From the NCBI GenBank assembly GCA_031553935.1, contig JAVBKS010000034.1, forward strand, positions 5,034-69,033: a stretch of DNA of 64,000 nt. The letters run 5' to 3'. How positions within the stretch are numbered: position 1 is the first letter of the stretch; every line of letters starts with the position of its first letter. Below the pieces are notes generated by a model. That model had not been told where the DNA came from, ran no database searches, and saw only the letters and a list, made by a program, of their open reading frames with translations. Source of the DNA: Syntrophomonadaceae bacterium (GTDB lineage Bacteria > Bacillota > Syntrophomonadia > Syntrophomonadales > Syntrophomonadaceae). Made by a program: the position numbers and the translations under genes. This document shows, piece by piece, positions 24,774 through 33,948 of this stretch.

Positions 24774-27700
24774 TTATCTGAGTCCTAGAGTTTTTTCAAT
24801 TATTATTACTGCTTCCGCCCGAGTGGTTGTATCTTTAGGTGCAAAAATGTTTCCGGGTTTACCGCTAATAATTTTATACTTAATTCCTTTGCGTACATCT
24901 TCTCTTGCCCAATCAGCAATATCCGCGCTGTCATTGAAACTCATTTCGATATATTCTTGCGTTACCATCTCCGGAATCCCCAATTGGTCACATAGACGAA
25001 TGATGATGCTGATTGCCTGTTCTCTGGTAATCATGGCATCGGGGCCAAAGGTATTTTCGTCCATACCAGCTACGATTTTCATGGAGGCTAGCACTTCAAT
25101 ATTGTTTCTGGCCCAATGGTTTTCAACATCCTTAAATGTGATTACAGGCATATCTTGTGGTAATTCCAAGCCAAATGCCAACTTCAGCATAGTGCAGAAC
25201 TCAGCTCTGGTAACCGGGCTATCCGGATAAAACCAGCCTTCGGTTTTACCTTTTACCCAGCCTGAATTATTGGCAGCAATAATACTGGCCCTGGCCCAGT
25301 GCTCATCGATATCACTGTATGGCGATAGGTCCGCAAGTGGTATGTCTTTTTCATCTTCCTGAACATTTTCATTCCACTGCGCATATACTCTGATACTGCT
25401 GTTCACTTCACTAGCGCTGGTAAACTCTTCTCCGCTGCCATCAGCTTTGGTATTCCACTCTTTGAAAGTAAACCCTTCCCGAACAGGAACCGTCGGGAAA
25501 ACGATGCTTTGCCCTAAGCTATAACTAATATTAGTATAGCTGCCACTGCCATCATTCATGTCAAAAGTAATTATATGATTGCGTGAATTCGAGCTGCTGC
25601 CACCACCGCCGCCACCGCCGCTGTAACTGAACTCGGCTTGAATGGTATGATTAGCCCTCACATTGCTGAAAGTATAACTCTCCAGCGCGCCTTTGTTCTC
25701 ACCGTCAACGATTACGCTCTTAATTGCGTAGTTAGCTGAAGGTGCTATGGCAAAGCTTTTGCTTTCGCCTGATAGTACTTCAACATTGCCACTGGGCGTT
25801 ATGCTTCCGCCGCTACCGCTGCTTGCCTGTATGGTAAAAGCAGGCACCGGATTATTTATGGTCGCGGTAGTGCCTACGACCGTGTTTTGATTAAGCATAT
25901 CAGTTATATGCAGGCTTAGTTCATATTCACCCGATGGAATCTGATGACTCATAGCAGTTGGATAACTCTTGCCCTCAAAAGTTTCTAGCACATATTTAAT
26001 CGGGTCATTGCTGCCCACCTTTTTATAGCCCAATGAAACTTGGCGAATCCCGGAATACTTTTGATCATAGTTCCAAGCTGCTTGGTCATCACTGACTGTA
26101 AAGCCTGATATTGCAGGTTTTCCTGATATGGTACGCTTAGGTGCTTCTTCATCCACATCAGTACGGATTGGTTCATTGTAGTCGAAAATGATTTGTGCAA
26201 CTGGAGCAAAGGTAGTTCCCGGGACCAAATCCGAACGTACTCTTACAGTAAAATTCAAGAATCCTTCTCCCTCGGGAGCGATTACATTGGGCGGCAAAAT
26301 AATATCTTGAAACACCCAGATCAAATCACCATCCGCATTGGGAACTGTTACCACCGCCGGTTTGCCGTTCTGGTCAACAAAAGAGGTGGATGCTATTGCT
26401 AAGCTCTCTAGATCCCATACTTCGCTCAGTTTAAATCCATTTTGCTGCTCGGGAAGCACGATGCGGATATCACGAGCAGGCATGACCGCCTCAGCTTTGT
26501 TTTCGAATACAATTGATATCCTAAGTTCTTTGCCCGGCAAAATCCATTTTTCTTCACCGGGAGCTTCCGGAGTAATCCTAAGCGCATTCGGGTCTTCTGC
26601 AGTTCCGGTACCGCCGCCGCTGTTTCTTGGCTTATTAGTACAAGTATCCACATTAACCGGATAAGGGATTTCGGGAATATCTCCTAGCCCAACTAGGGCT
26701 TCCCACCAATTACCTTGAATATTGTTTTCTTCCCGGTACATCCGAATGTCATTGCTTAGCAGAAGTGCTTCTGCCAGGGCCTGCTTTGCTTCCGGGCTGG
26801 AATTATAGTTGAATCCGGTCTGATCATCCAGGGGACGGCCTTCATAGATATTCATATATCCCCCTAGAATATCTCTGGTTTTTATTAATCCTCCGGCTCC
26901 GCCTCCAGCAGCACCCCAAACCATGTCCAAATAGTCGACTATGAAATTGACTTTCTGCTTTTGATCAGCATTTTGCAAACCTGCCATCTGCATTTGGCCG
27001 TCTAGGGCTTTAGTAACACTTTCAATCTGGTCATTTTTGATTTTAGTATAAGCAAGCTTTGAATACTCGTGGCTTTTTTCCAAAGTAGCAAAGGCAAATG
27101 CTGTAACCGGATGATATTCCGCCAATTTTCCGATTCCGTACTTTTTGACCGCGTTTTGGGGGTCGAAAAGATTATCGGATTTGCACTCCGGAGCATCAGC
27201 TTCCGTATCTAATGCCGCTTTAAAATCCATTACCTCATTGGCGATATCTTCCACTGTGTCAGAGGAAATGCTTAATGCTTTCACCTGCCCAGCCGATGAT
27301 AATGAAGCTTTTCTCAGGCCTTGATCGAGACTTACATATGGAGCTGAGGGCATACTGGCGATATAAGGCTGAATCAAGTTAGTGCCGTAATTAACGCCGA
27401 ATTGACCACTGAAAAGGTAATTATAGGTATGGGGAGCTGTGATCTTAAGCATATCCTTATAGAGCTTAAGCCTTTGATCATGACTGCTTTGCTCCCAGCT
27501 GGAATCAGAGCTAACTCCCGGGAAACTATAAATGGGCACATGTACCATTTCTTCCGCATCATTTTCCTCATAATTGTACAAATACAGCGGAGCTATATCC
27601 CGAGCATTATTCATAGTCTCGATGTATTTATCCCATAGGTGCCGGTATTGTTCGGAATTAAGTTCACCACTTAATCCCAGGCTTTGCCATTGCTCTTCCG

Positions 27701-30700
27701 TAAACATCGCACTTACGCTTTCACCGCTGAACACTACTCGGGGCTGATTACCCCAGACCCACTTGGCGCTGCTCTTCCAAGCAATGTCGGAGCTGGAACC
27801 GGCCTTTACTTTGACAACCGCTACAACCGCGTAAGCATCTTGCTCATTATCTGCTCCTTTATCTTGGATAACATAACTGGCTTCAACTGGACTTATTAGT
27901 TGGGGACGACGCTCTTTTAAGTCGGCTAGTCCGGTTTCAATATCGTATTCATATGATCCGGCTAAACGGCCGGGATGAGCAAAATATACCAAGGCATAGC
28001 CGTCCTGCACCCCATCGTTATAAATCCTCCAGATAGAAGTGTTGCTACGGGCATTTGCCATAGTAGGACTCAGTACTTTTTCGGAACGCATTAGCGGAAC
28101 TGGGGGTGCTAAAGCCACCTGCTGGCCGCAGGCCTGCCCATTTACCAAGACATCGTATAATCCGGCTTTATACAGAGCAGTTGTTGTTGCTAGAGCTGTC
28201 CCGTTCTCAAATTCCGTTTTGCAGGGAACCTGCAGATTACCTGCTTGCAAGCCAATATTTCCATTCTTATAAGGATAGAAACTGAAGCTGCCGTCGGCAT
28301 TATAAAAGCCACTCCAGGCCTTGCTAGGAACATCAGCTTGATTCACTGAAATCGGCAAGCTTTGATTAGCATAGACATAGCGGCTCATATATTGTTCAGC
28401 AACGGACTGGTTATCGCGGAAGGCAATATCTAGATAAGTTTCCCCGGGACGCTTAAACTGTACCGGTACATAGAACAAAACTGTCCCTTTTTGAAGATTT
28501 GTCCCGGATTGCCGGAAGGTAATATTAATCGCATTGCTGATCCCGCTGCCGGCGACATAAATATTGCTCTGGTGATTTCCCCGCAGCAAGCCCCCCGTAA
28601 AATCATCTCTGCTAAGTGCAAGGCGGGCTGCCATAGGTGCCGATGCATACATTAAGTTAAGTGCATTATAGGTACGAGGCTTGAAATCCAGGGCTTTGGT
28701 GTCCCAGGTTACCGTCATGCCTAAAGAGTTCGCGATAAGCTCATCAGAGTCTAAAATCACCGGTATATATGCTATTTCTCCCACTTGAGCTGAAATTTCT
28801 GCTCCCGCGCTGCCGTCATCTAAGATTGCTCTCGGGGTACCGGTTTTGAGTTTAAGTGGGGTAAGGCCCTCAATCTTAGTTTGAACAATATTAAAAATAC
28901 TGATTCCGGAGCTACAAACTAACCAAGGTCTGCTAACACCCATTATTCGCGCTCCCGGCGCTTTTTTGAAACGCACTCTTACATCGTAAATCTTGTCTTT
29001 ATTAAGCTGTCCCTCATTTAATTCAGCTGACAGTGTTGATCCGCTGCTGTCAAATGATGCTATTATTTGTCCAGCGTCCATGACCGTGATCTCCAAAGAA
29101 TCTCCAGCTGTTATGCTCAAAGGCTTTAAACTGGGAACCCCATTAAGGATATTGAGGTCTCCCTGCAGATATAGCCCTTGTTTTCCCTCTCCGCCAGATT
29201 TCATCTGCATGGTGTATTCCAGATAAGTATCTCCATCCCATAGTATGTTCATATTATGGAACGGGGCGAAATATTTATCATAAGAACTTAGATTATGTCC
29301 ATGTATATCGAAGCCTACATTATATCCAGGCTCTAAGATACTGCTTTGATAGCGGTACCCAGCTGCTGTTAACCGCTGCTGCAAAATCTCACCTAGTGCA
29401 AATGGGCAAACAAAAGTGCCGTCCGAGTTGCGCCCGGAATAAAAACTGCTATCAAAACTATACGGATCGGATGCGTAATAATTAATAGTGCTTAGCCTAA
29501 AATAGCAGGGATACAGACTCTGACCGCTAATAGTTTCAATTGCTCCTTCACCATTAGCCTCGGTGCTCAGATGACATGTTAAGCGGCCGTAATAGTATCT
29601 ATTCTCCCATTTGATCCCAGCCGGCAAATGAGTGCGCATTACTATTGGAAAGCTTCCAAGAGTGCTAATTCTCCCGTCGGAAGGCAGCCCTACCAGATCA
29701 AGCAGATAATTGGGTTTGAAAATAGGTATTTGGGCAAAGTCTTCCTGTTTATAGGAAAAATAGACTTTATCCACTCCATAGCGGCCGTTTAAACCACTGT
29801 TTAAAGTAATAACTGCCTTGTCGAAACCAGTATTGCCATTGGAAAAAATAAGTGTAGACATATCTAAAGGTCCGGTTGCCATATCGACGCTTTTATAGGT
29901 TTTGCTAGTATTGTTTTCTCCATTATATATGGAGACCTTTAAAGTATCGTCAGCATCTAAGCAGATTGCATGACCGTCATTCCCAGTCAAAAATAATGGT
30001 GCTGTTTCTTTGCCTTCCACTAATTTAGTTGCTGTTATCTCTACCTGAGCATAATCGAAACCACTGCCGGCAGTTAATGAATCCTCACCTAGACCCTGCC
30101 AGGCAATGCCAGGTTCTTCTTCCGTTTGACTGATACCAGGTAAAATGAAATCATAAGCCGGTATCAGGTCCTCTCCACTGCTGCTAAAAAGCAGTGTACC
30201 TTGCTCCGAATAGTTTTGTGCTTTGACCTTGATGCTTATGGCTTCACCAATAGTATCTCCACCGGGTTCGGTCAATTGTAAGCTGAAATGATCACTGCCG
30301 CCATTGAAGACAGCTTTTTCCACGCTTATATCAGCTTGAGCATATAATGGATAGGTACTTGATTGTCTGCCCTTATGATTAGCAGTGACCGGCAGCTCAT
30401 GGGTTCCATCAGGAAATTTAAGGTTATCGCTTGCTTTGATGATCAATGGAATACTGGGCAGAGGATCACCTTGATTCCCGCTCCAGCCTTTATACTCAGC
30501 AGTTATTACCAAGGTGAATTTTTCCACTTGTCCACTGGTTTGATCAAAGGTCAGGGTTTCACCTGAAGTGGTAATATATGCGTTTTCCACCTTTACGAAT
30601 CGGCCGGACATCATTTCAATATTTCCGGCTATTCCGTCCATAGTGGCATTGAAGTATAAAAAATCTCCATGTTCGGGATTAACTTGTCCCGGAAACACGA

Positions 30701-31655
30701 TCTCATAATCGGTATCAGCTAATAGATTTTTGTTCTCACTATAAATGTATTCGCATTTTATTTCCGGATAAGCGCATTCCAGGGTGACTTTTGTGTCTTT
30801 AGGAATATTGACGTCTTTTGTAACCTGGAAAGAAAAGATCCAATCAGTCACGGCTTCGGCTATCATACTCTTGGAACTGAACACTCCCCTGGAGAAAAAA
30901 GGTTCGCTGGTTTCAGTTACCATTAGATTATTCCCTGAAACCAAAATAGTAGTCTTTTCTGTCGTTTCGTCGTAAATCATAAGTATGGACCGGTAATTGC
31001 CAGTTATTAGTGGCGTACCGGAATAACCTTGCATCAAGGCAACGTTTTCCATTTTTAACTCAGCAGGAATTTTCCCTGCCGGAGGATAATCATATCCCAA
31101 AAAAATTAGATCATAATTCTGGTCTAAAAAATCATCTTCCCTAAGGAAGCCATAGTCATACGAATGAACGCTTACTTGATACCTAAGCGGTATCTGCCAG
31201 CTGATGTCGATTTTGCTCCCTGCAGGAGCACTTGCTATCTGCGCAGGACTGCCGGCTTGTGAGAAATTGACGCCAGTTATTTCCACCACATTGAATTCCG
31301 GTTCTGACTCCAAAATCTTCATCGGTGAGTTGGAGGTATCTTTTTCAGTTTCATTCAGTTCTTCCGAATTGGGAAAACCTTTGCTCCCTTCTTCGGGCAA
31401 CATGCTTTCCTCTTTAGATTCTTCAGAATCAAGATCAGTATTGCCCGCCGCTTCCTTTTCATGACTATCTGGGCTGATATAGTCATTTATTTCAGTATTC
31501 GGGCCGCGCTCCAAGTTCTCGCCCAAAACGCTTTCGCTGACATCTTGACCAGGTGCAGTTATATCATTTGCCCAGCTATACGATGGCATTATGAGCAAGA
31601 TTATCAATAATACCAAAAATAATTTACAATAAATTTTATCTGCAAATACTTTCAA
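24774..31655 (-). CDS. Giant (2293 aa) SLH-anchored adhesin-like surface protein
   Basis: TTG start with a GGAGGGA RBS, and the signal KLFLVLLIILLIMPSYSWA. A cohesin-like segment is present (ISAQVGEIAYIPVILDSDELIANSLGMTVTWDTKALDF). There is an InlB-B-repeat-like domain and a Listeria-Bacteroides repeat (ITFDMNDGSGSYTNISY...REGFTFKEWNTKADGSGEEF). A Gly run GGGGGGSSS is followed by three C-terminal SLH repeats. Confidence 0.8.
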   Translation of the reverse strand: MKVFADKIYCKLFLVLLIILLIMPSYSWANDITAPGQDVSESVLGENLERGPNTEINDYISPDSHEKEAAGNTDLDSEESKEESMLPEEGSKGFPNSEELNETEKDTSNSPMKILESEPEFNVVEITGVNFSQAGSPAQIASAPAGSKIDISWQIPLRYQVSVHSYDYGFLREDDFLDQNYDLIFLGYDYPPAGKIPAELKMENVALMQGYSGTPLITGNYRSILMIYDETTEKTTILVSGNNLMVTETSEPFFSRGVFSSKSMIAEAVTDWIFSFQVTKDVNIPKDTKVTLECAYPEIKCEYIYSENKNLLADTDYEIVFPGQVNPEHGDFLYFNATMDGIAGNIEMMSGRFVKVENAYITTSGETLTFDQTSGQVEKFTLVITAEYKGWSGNQGDPLPSIPLIIKASDNLKFPDGTHELPVTANHKGRQSSTYPLYAQADISVEKAVFNGGSDHFSLQLTEPGGDTIGEAISIKVKAQNYSEQGTLLFSSSGEDLIPAYDFILPGISQTEEEPGIAWQGLGEDSLTAGSGFDYAQVEITATKLVEGKETAPLFLTGNDGHAICLDADDTLKVSIYNGENNTSKTYKSVDMATGPLDMSTLIFSNGNTGFDKAVITLNSGLNGRYGVDKVYFSYKQEDFAQIPIFKPNYLLDLVGLPSDGRISTLGSFPIVMRTHLPAGIKWENRYYYGRLTCHLSTEANGEGAIETISGQSLYPCYFRLSTINYYASDPYSFDSSFYSGRNSDGTFVCPFALGEILQQRLTAAGYRYQSSILEPGYNVGFDIHGHNLSSYDKYFAPFHNMNILWDGDTYLEYTMQMKSGGEGKQGLYLQGDLNILNGVPSLKPLSITAGDSLEITVMDAGQIIASFDSSGSTLSAELNEGQLNKDKIYDVRVRFKKAPGARIMGVSRPWLVCSSGISIFNIVQTKIEGLTPLKLKTGTPRAILDDGSAGAEISAQVGEIAYIPVILDSDELIANSLGMTVTWDTKALDFKPRTYNALNLMYASAPMAARLALSRDDFTGGLLRGNHQSNIYVAGSGISNAINITFRQSGTNLQKGTVLFYVPVQFKRPGETYLDIAFRDNQSVAEQYMSRYVYANQSLPISVNQADVPSKAWSGFYNADGSFSFYPYKNGNIGLQAGNLQVPCKTEFENGTALATTTALYKAGLYDVLVNGQACGQQVALAPPVPLMRSEKVLSPTMANARSNTSIWRIYNDGVQDGYALVYFAHPGRLAGSYEYDIETGLADLKERRPQLISPVEASYVIQDKGADNEQDAYAVVAVVKVKAGSSSDIAWKSSAKWVWGNQPRVVFSGESVSAMFTEEQWQSLGLSGELNSEQYRHLWDKYIETMNNARDIAPLYLYNYEENDAEEMVHVPIYSFPGVSSDSSWEQSSHDQRLKLYKDMLKITAPHTYNYLFSGQFGVNYGTNLIQPYIASMPSAPYVSLDQGLRKASLSSAGQVKALSISSDTVEDIANEVMDFKAALDTEADAPECKSDNLFDPQNAVKKYGIGKLAEYHPVTAFAFATLEKSHEYSKLAYTKIKNDQIESVTKALDGQMQMAGLQNADQKQKVNFIVDYLDMVWGAAGGGAGGLIKTRDILGGYMNIYEGRPLDDQTGFNYNSSPEAKQALAEALLLSNDIRMYREENNIQGNWWEALVGLGDIPEIPYPVNVDTCTNKPRNSGGGTGTAEDPNALRITPEAPGEEKWILPGKELRISIVFENKAEAVMPARDIRIVLPEQQNGFKLSEVWDLESLAIASTSFVDQNGKPAVVTVPNADGDLIWVFQDIILPPNVIAPEGEGFLNFTVRVRSDLVPGTTFAPVAQIIFDYNEPIRTDVDEEAPKRTISGKPAISGFTVSDDQAAWNYDQKYSGIRQVSLGYKKVGSNDPIKYVLETFEGKSYPTAMSHQIPSGEYELSLHITDMLNQNTVVGTTATINNPVPAFTIQASSGSGGSITPSGNVEVLSGESKSFAIAPSANYAIKSVIVDGENKGALESYTFSNVRANHTIQAEFSYSGGGGGGGSSSNSRNHIITFDMNDGSGSYTNISYSLGQSIVFPTVPVREGFTFKEWNTKADGSGEEFTSASEVNSSIRVYAQWNENVQEDEKDIPLADLSPYSDIDEHWARASIIAANNSGWVKGKTEGWFYPDSPVTRAEFCTMLKLAFGLELPQDMPVITFKDVENHWARNNIEVLASMKIVAGMDENTFGPDAMITREQAISIIIRLCDQLGIPEMVTQEYIEMSFNDSADIADWAREDVRKGIKYKIISGKPGNIFAPKDTTTRAEAVIIIEKTLGLR

Positions 31656-32018
31656 ATCTTATCCCTCCATGTGATATCCATATATATCCAGGCTCGTTTT
31701 CAGTATTTGGTCATCACTGCCAATTGAATAATTCATAGTCACATATAATGCTTATCACCTTCACCCCTCCTTCCAATACTTACTAGTTTGAAATAAATCG
31801 CCTGGTAGTATTAACCTAATACATTTGCAGACTTTTGGGTAGGATAGGTTCTGTCATAAACCGTATAGGTTTTGATTCTGGCCTCGCATAAAGATAAATA
31901 ATATTGGCAAAAGAGCATAAGTTTTCTGTTAATAACTCATGCTCTCGCAAACGAATCAATATTCTTTTCCATAATAAACCAAGATTAATACTACTTATTA
32001 TATTGCTTGCTTAGTTCC

Positions 32019-33662
32019 CTACCCCATATCTTTTGAGTTATAGTTTTTAACCCAATCAGCTACCTCGACCCTTTTATTGACAGGTATTTTTTTTAGCAAA
32101 TTACTGACGTGGAATTTTATAGTTGACTCTGATAAGAAAAGACTGGCGGCAATTTCAGGATTAGTTTCATTATTACAAAGGGCAGCAAGCATTTCCGTTT
32201 CCCGCTTAGTCAGATGAAAATCTTTCACAATCGCATTTATAAGAGCTTCATTGGCATCTACTTGCGGTTTCGCAACCTTACCGCGAATGCTAATTAAATG
32301 ATTATTAACTTCACTTGCAGTCAGTCTCAACTTACGGCAAATGTCGCGCTGCGTAAAGTGTTCACATAACAATGCTGCAATTTCCTTTTCGATTGGCGAT
32401 AAACTAATTTTCTCTAAATTCTCTTTTTGATCCAAATGTCTTGTCAGTATTTCTCTTTCTTCATCTGTGAGAAACTCTAATTGTAAATTTGATTCTGTTA
32501 TCGCAGTAACATTTTTGAGGATAAACTCGGATCTTTGCTTTGCATATTCGGTACTCACAAAGAAAATTAGCAGCATTGCAAAAGGAGACGCTGCTAGCAT
32601 CATCGCAAAAATGGTCTTCTCGATGCTGTCGGTAGCATATTTGTGCAAAAAAGTCGTAGCAAACATTCCTCCATACAGTAACGCATATCCTAGCCCTGCC
32701 AAATAGAATTTTTTAATCTTTTTAGCATAATAAAGTGGAATAGTTATGGTAACAGCATCCATAGCAATAAAGCCTGCGAGCGTAATATAGGCAAAAGGAA
32801 GAGCAAGAACACTTTCGTAAATGCTATATGACATTATTTGGCCCGTAACGATAACCATGAACAAAAATATCGCAGTAATATGCCACTTGATTTTATCTAT
32901 CAAGTATCCCACAACTATATAAATCGCACTGCTGCTTATTAAGGTTACGAAAAACAGGCCCGATTGATCCAAAGATTCCTTAATGAAATAGAGATTGTAC
33001 AGAACCCCGGCAACGAAGCTATAAAGGCAAAGTATCACTATAACACCGCAAACAATTCTCTTCACCGGCATAGGTTCAAGCTTCATTTCCGTATCATTAA
33101 TTGCTTTATAAGTCGGATTTATAAGAATTGCAATAACAGCAACAATTGTTAGCATTCCCAGTAATCCAAGCTGGATAAATTGATGGTAGTCTTGTAAGGA
33201 AAGGGCTAAACTGCCAATAATATTCATCACCGCAAAGCAGATAGTAGTAAAACGACCCATTACCGAAAAGTCCACTTGCATTGCAATAAGATACATACAC
33301 ATGCTGATGGATACCGAATTTAGCATAAAACCAAAGAACATAAATAAAAGCTTAGACATACCTGACGAAAAAATGCTCAAAGCAGCACAGACAACTGGAA
33401 TTACGAGAATCAATATGTACAATCTAAGATTGAATTCATCTTTTGAATGCTTTAGTAAATAAATTGAAGCAACAACACCTAGAGTCATAGCTAAATAATA
33501 AGGAAGAAAGATAGGCATGCTAAATTCCGGCAATGCTGTATGGTGCAGCGACCAATAACTTACGCGTAAATAGAAAAATCTAAATGTCAGGAGTGCCGAA
33601 AAAACAAAAAACAGTTTTATTGTAAGTTTGTCATTTTTTTCTATAGCTCTATGTAAAAACAC
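32019..33662 (-). CDS. Polytopic membrane protein (about 10-11 TM segments) fused to two C-terminal LuxR/GerE-type HTH domains
   Basis: 547 aa with a GTG start and a GAGGAA RBS. About 380 aa are hydrophobic. They are followed by SPIEKEIAALLCEHFTQRDICRKLRLTASEVNNHLISIRGK and LTKRETEMLAALCNNETNPEIAASLFLSESTIKFHVSNLLKKI. Confidence 0.75.
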   Translation of the reverse strand: MFLHRAIEKNDKLTIKLFFVFSALLTFRFFYLRVSYWSLHHTALPEFSMPIFLPYYLAMTLGVVASIYLLKHSKDEFNLRLYILILVIPVVCAALSIFSSGMSKLLFMFFGFMLNSVSISMCMYLIAMQVDFSVMGRFTTICFAVMNIIGSLALSLQDYHQFIQLGLLGMLTIVAVIAILINPTYKAINDTEMKLEPMPVKRIVCGVIVILCLYSFVAGVLYNLYFIKESLDQSGLFFVTLISSSAIYIVVGYLIDKIKWHITAIFLFMVIVTGQIMSYSIYESVLALPFAYITLAGFIAMDAVTITIPLYYAKKIKKFYLAGLGYALLYGGMFATTFLHKYATDSIEKTIFAMMLAASPFAMLLIFFVSTEYAKQRSEFILKNVTAITESNLQLEFLTDEEREILTRHLDQKENLEKISLSPIEKEIAALLCEHFTQRDICRKLRLTASEVNNHLISIRGKVAKPQVDANEALINAIVKDFHLTKRETEMLAALCNNETNPEIAASLFLSESTIKFHVSNLLKKIPVNKRVEVADWVKNYNSKDMG

Positions 33663-33770
33663 TTTTTATTCCTCATAAACTAATTAAAAATATCATATAA
33701 TTTTTTAGCCTTTTTATACTTACACTATATATCAGCCACTGCATCAAAACAACCATGCCAAATTAAACAA

Positions 33771-33806
33771 ATGCAAGGAAGTAAAGTTAATCTTCGCTCC
33801 CTTGCA
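33771..33806 (-). terminator. Stem-loop downstream of the GC-rich gene (putative terminator)
   Basis: ATGCAAGG (33771..33778) pairs with CCTTGCAT (33799..33806). On the minus strand it is followed by UUGUUUAAUUU. Confidence 0.4.
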
Positions 33807-33948
33807 TCCAAACTTCTATTAAACCCTCATGCCTACCCCTTCGTATTAGGCTATTGTAGCCGTACCCTGTGGGTAGAATAGAATTGTCGACTTTTCGAAG
33901 TCAATGCCTTCGATAGTAACCTAAACCATCTATTCGTGCGGTGTTGCC

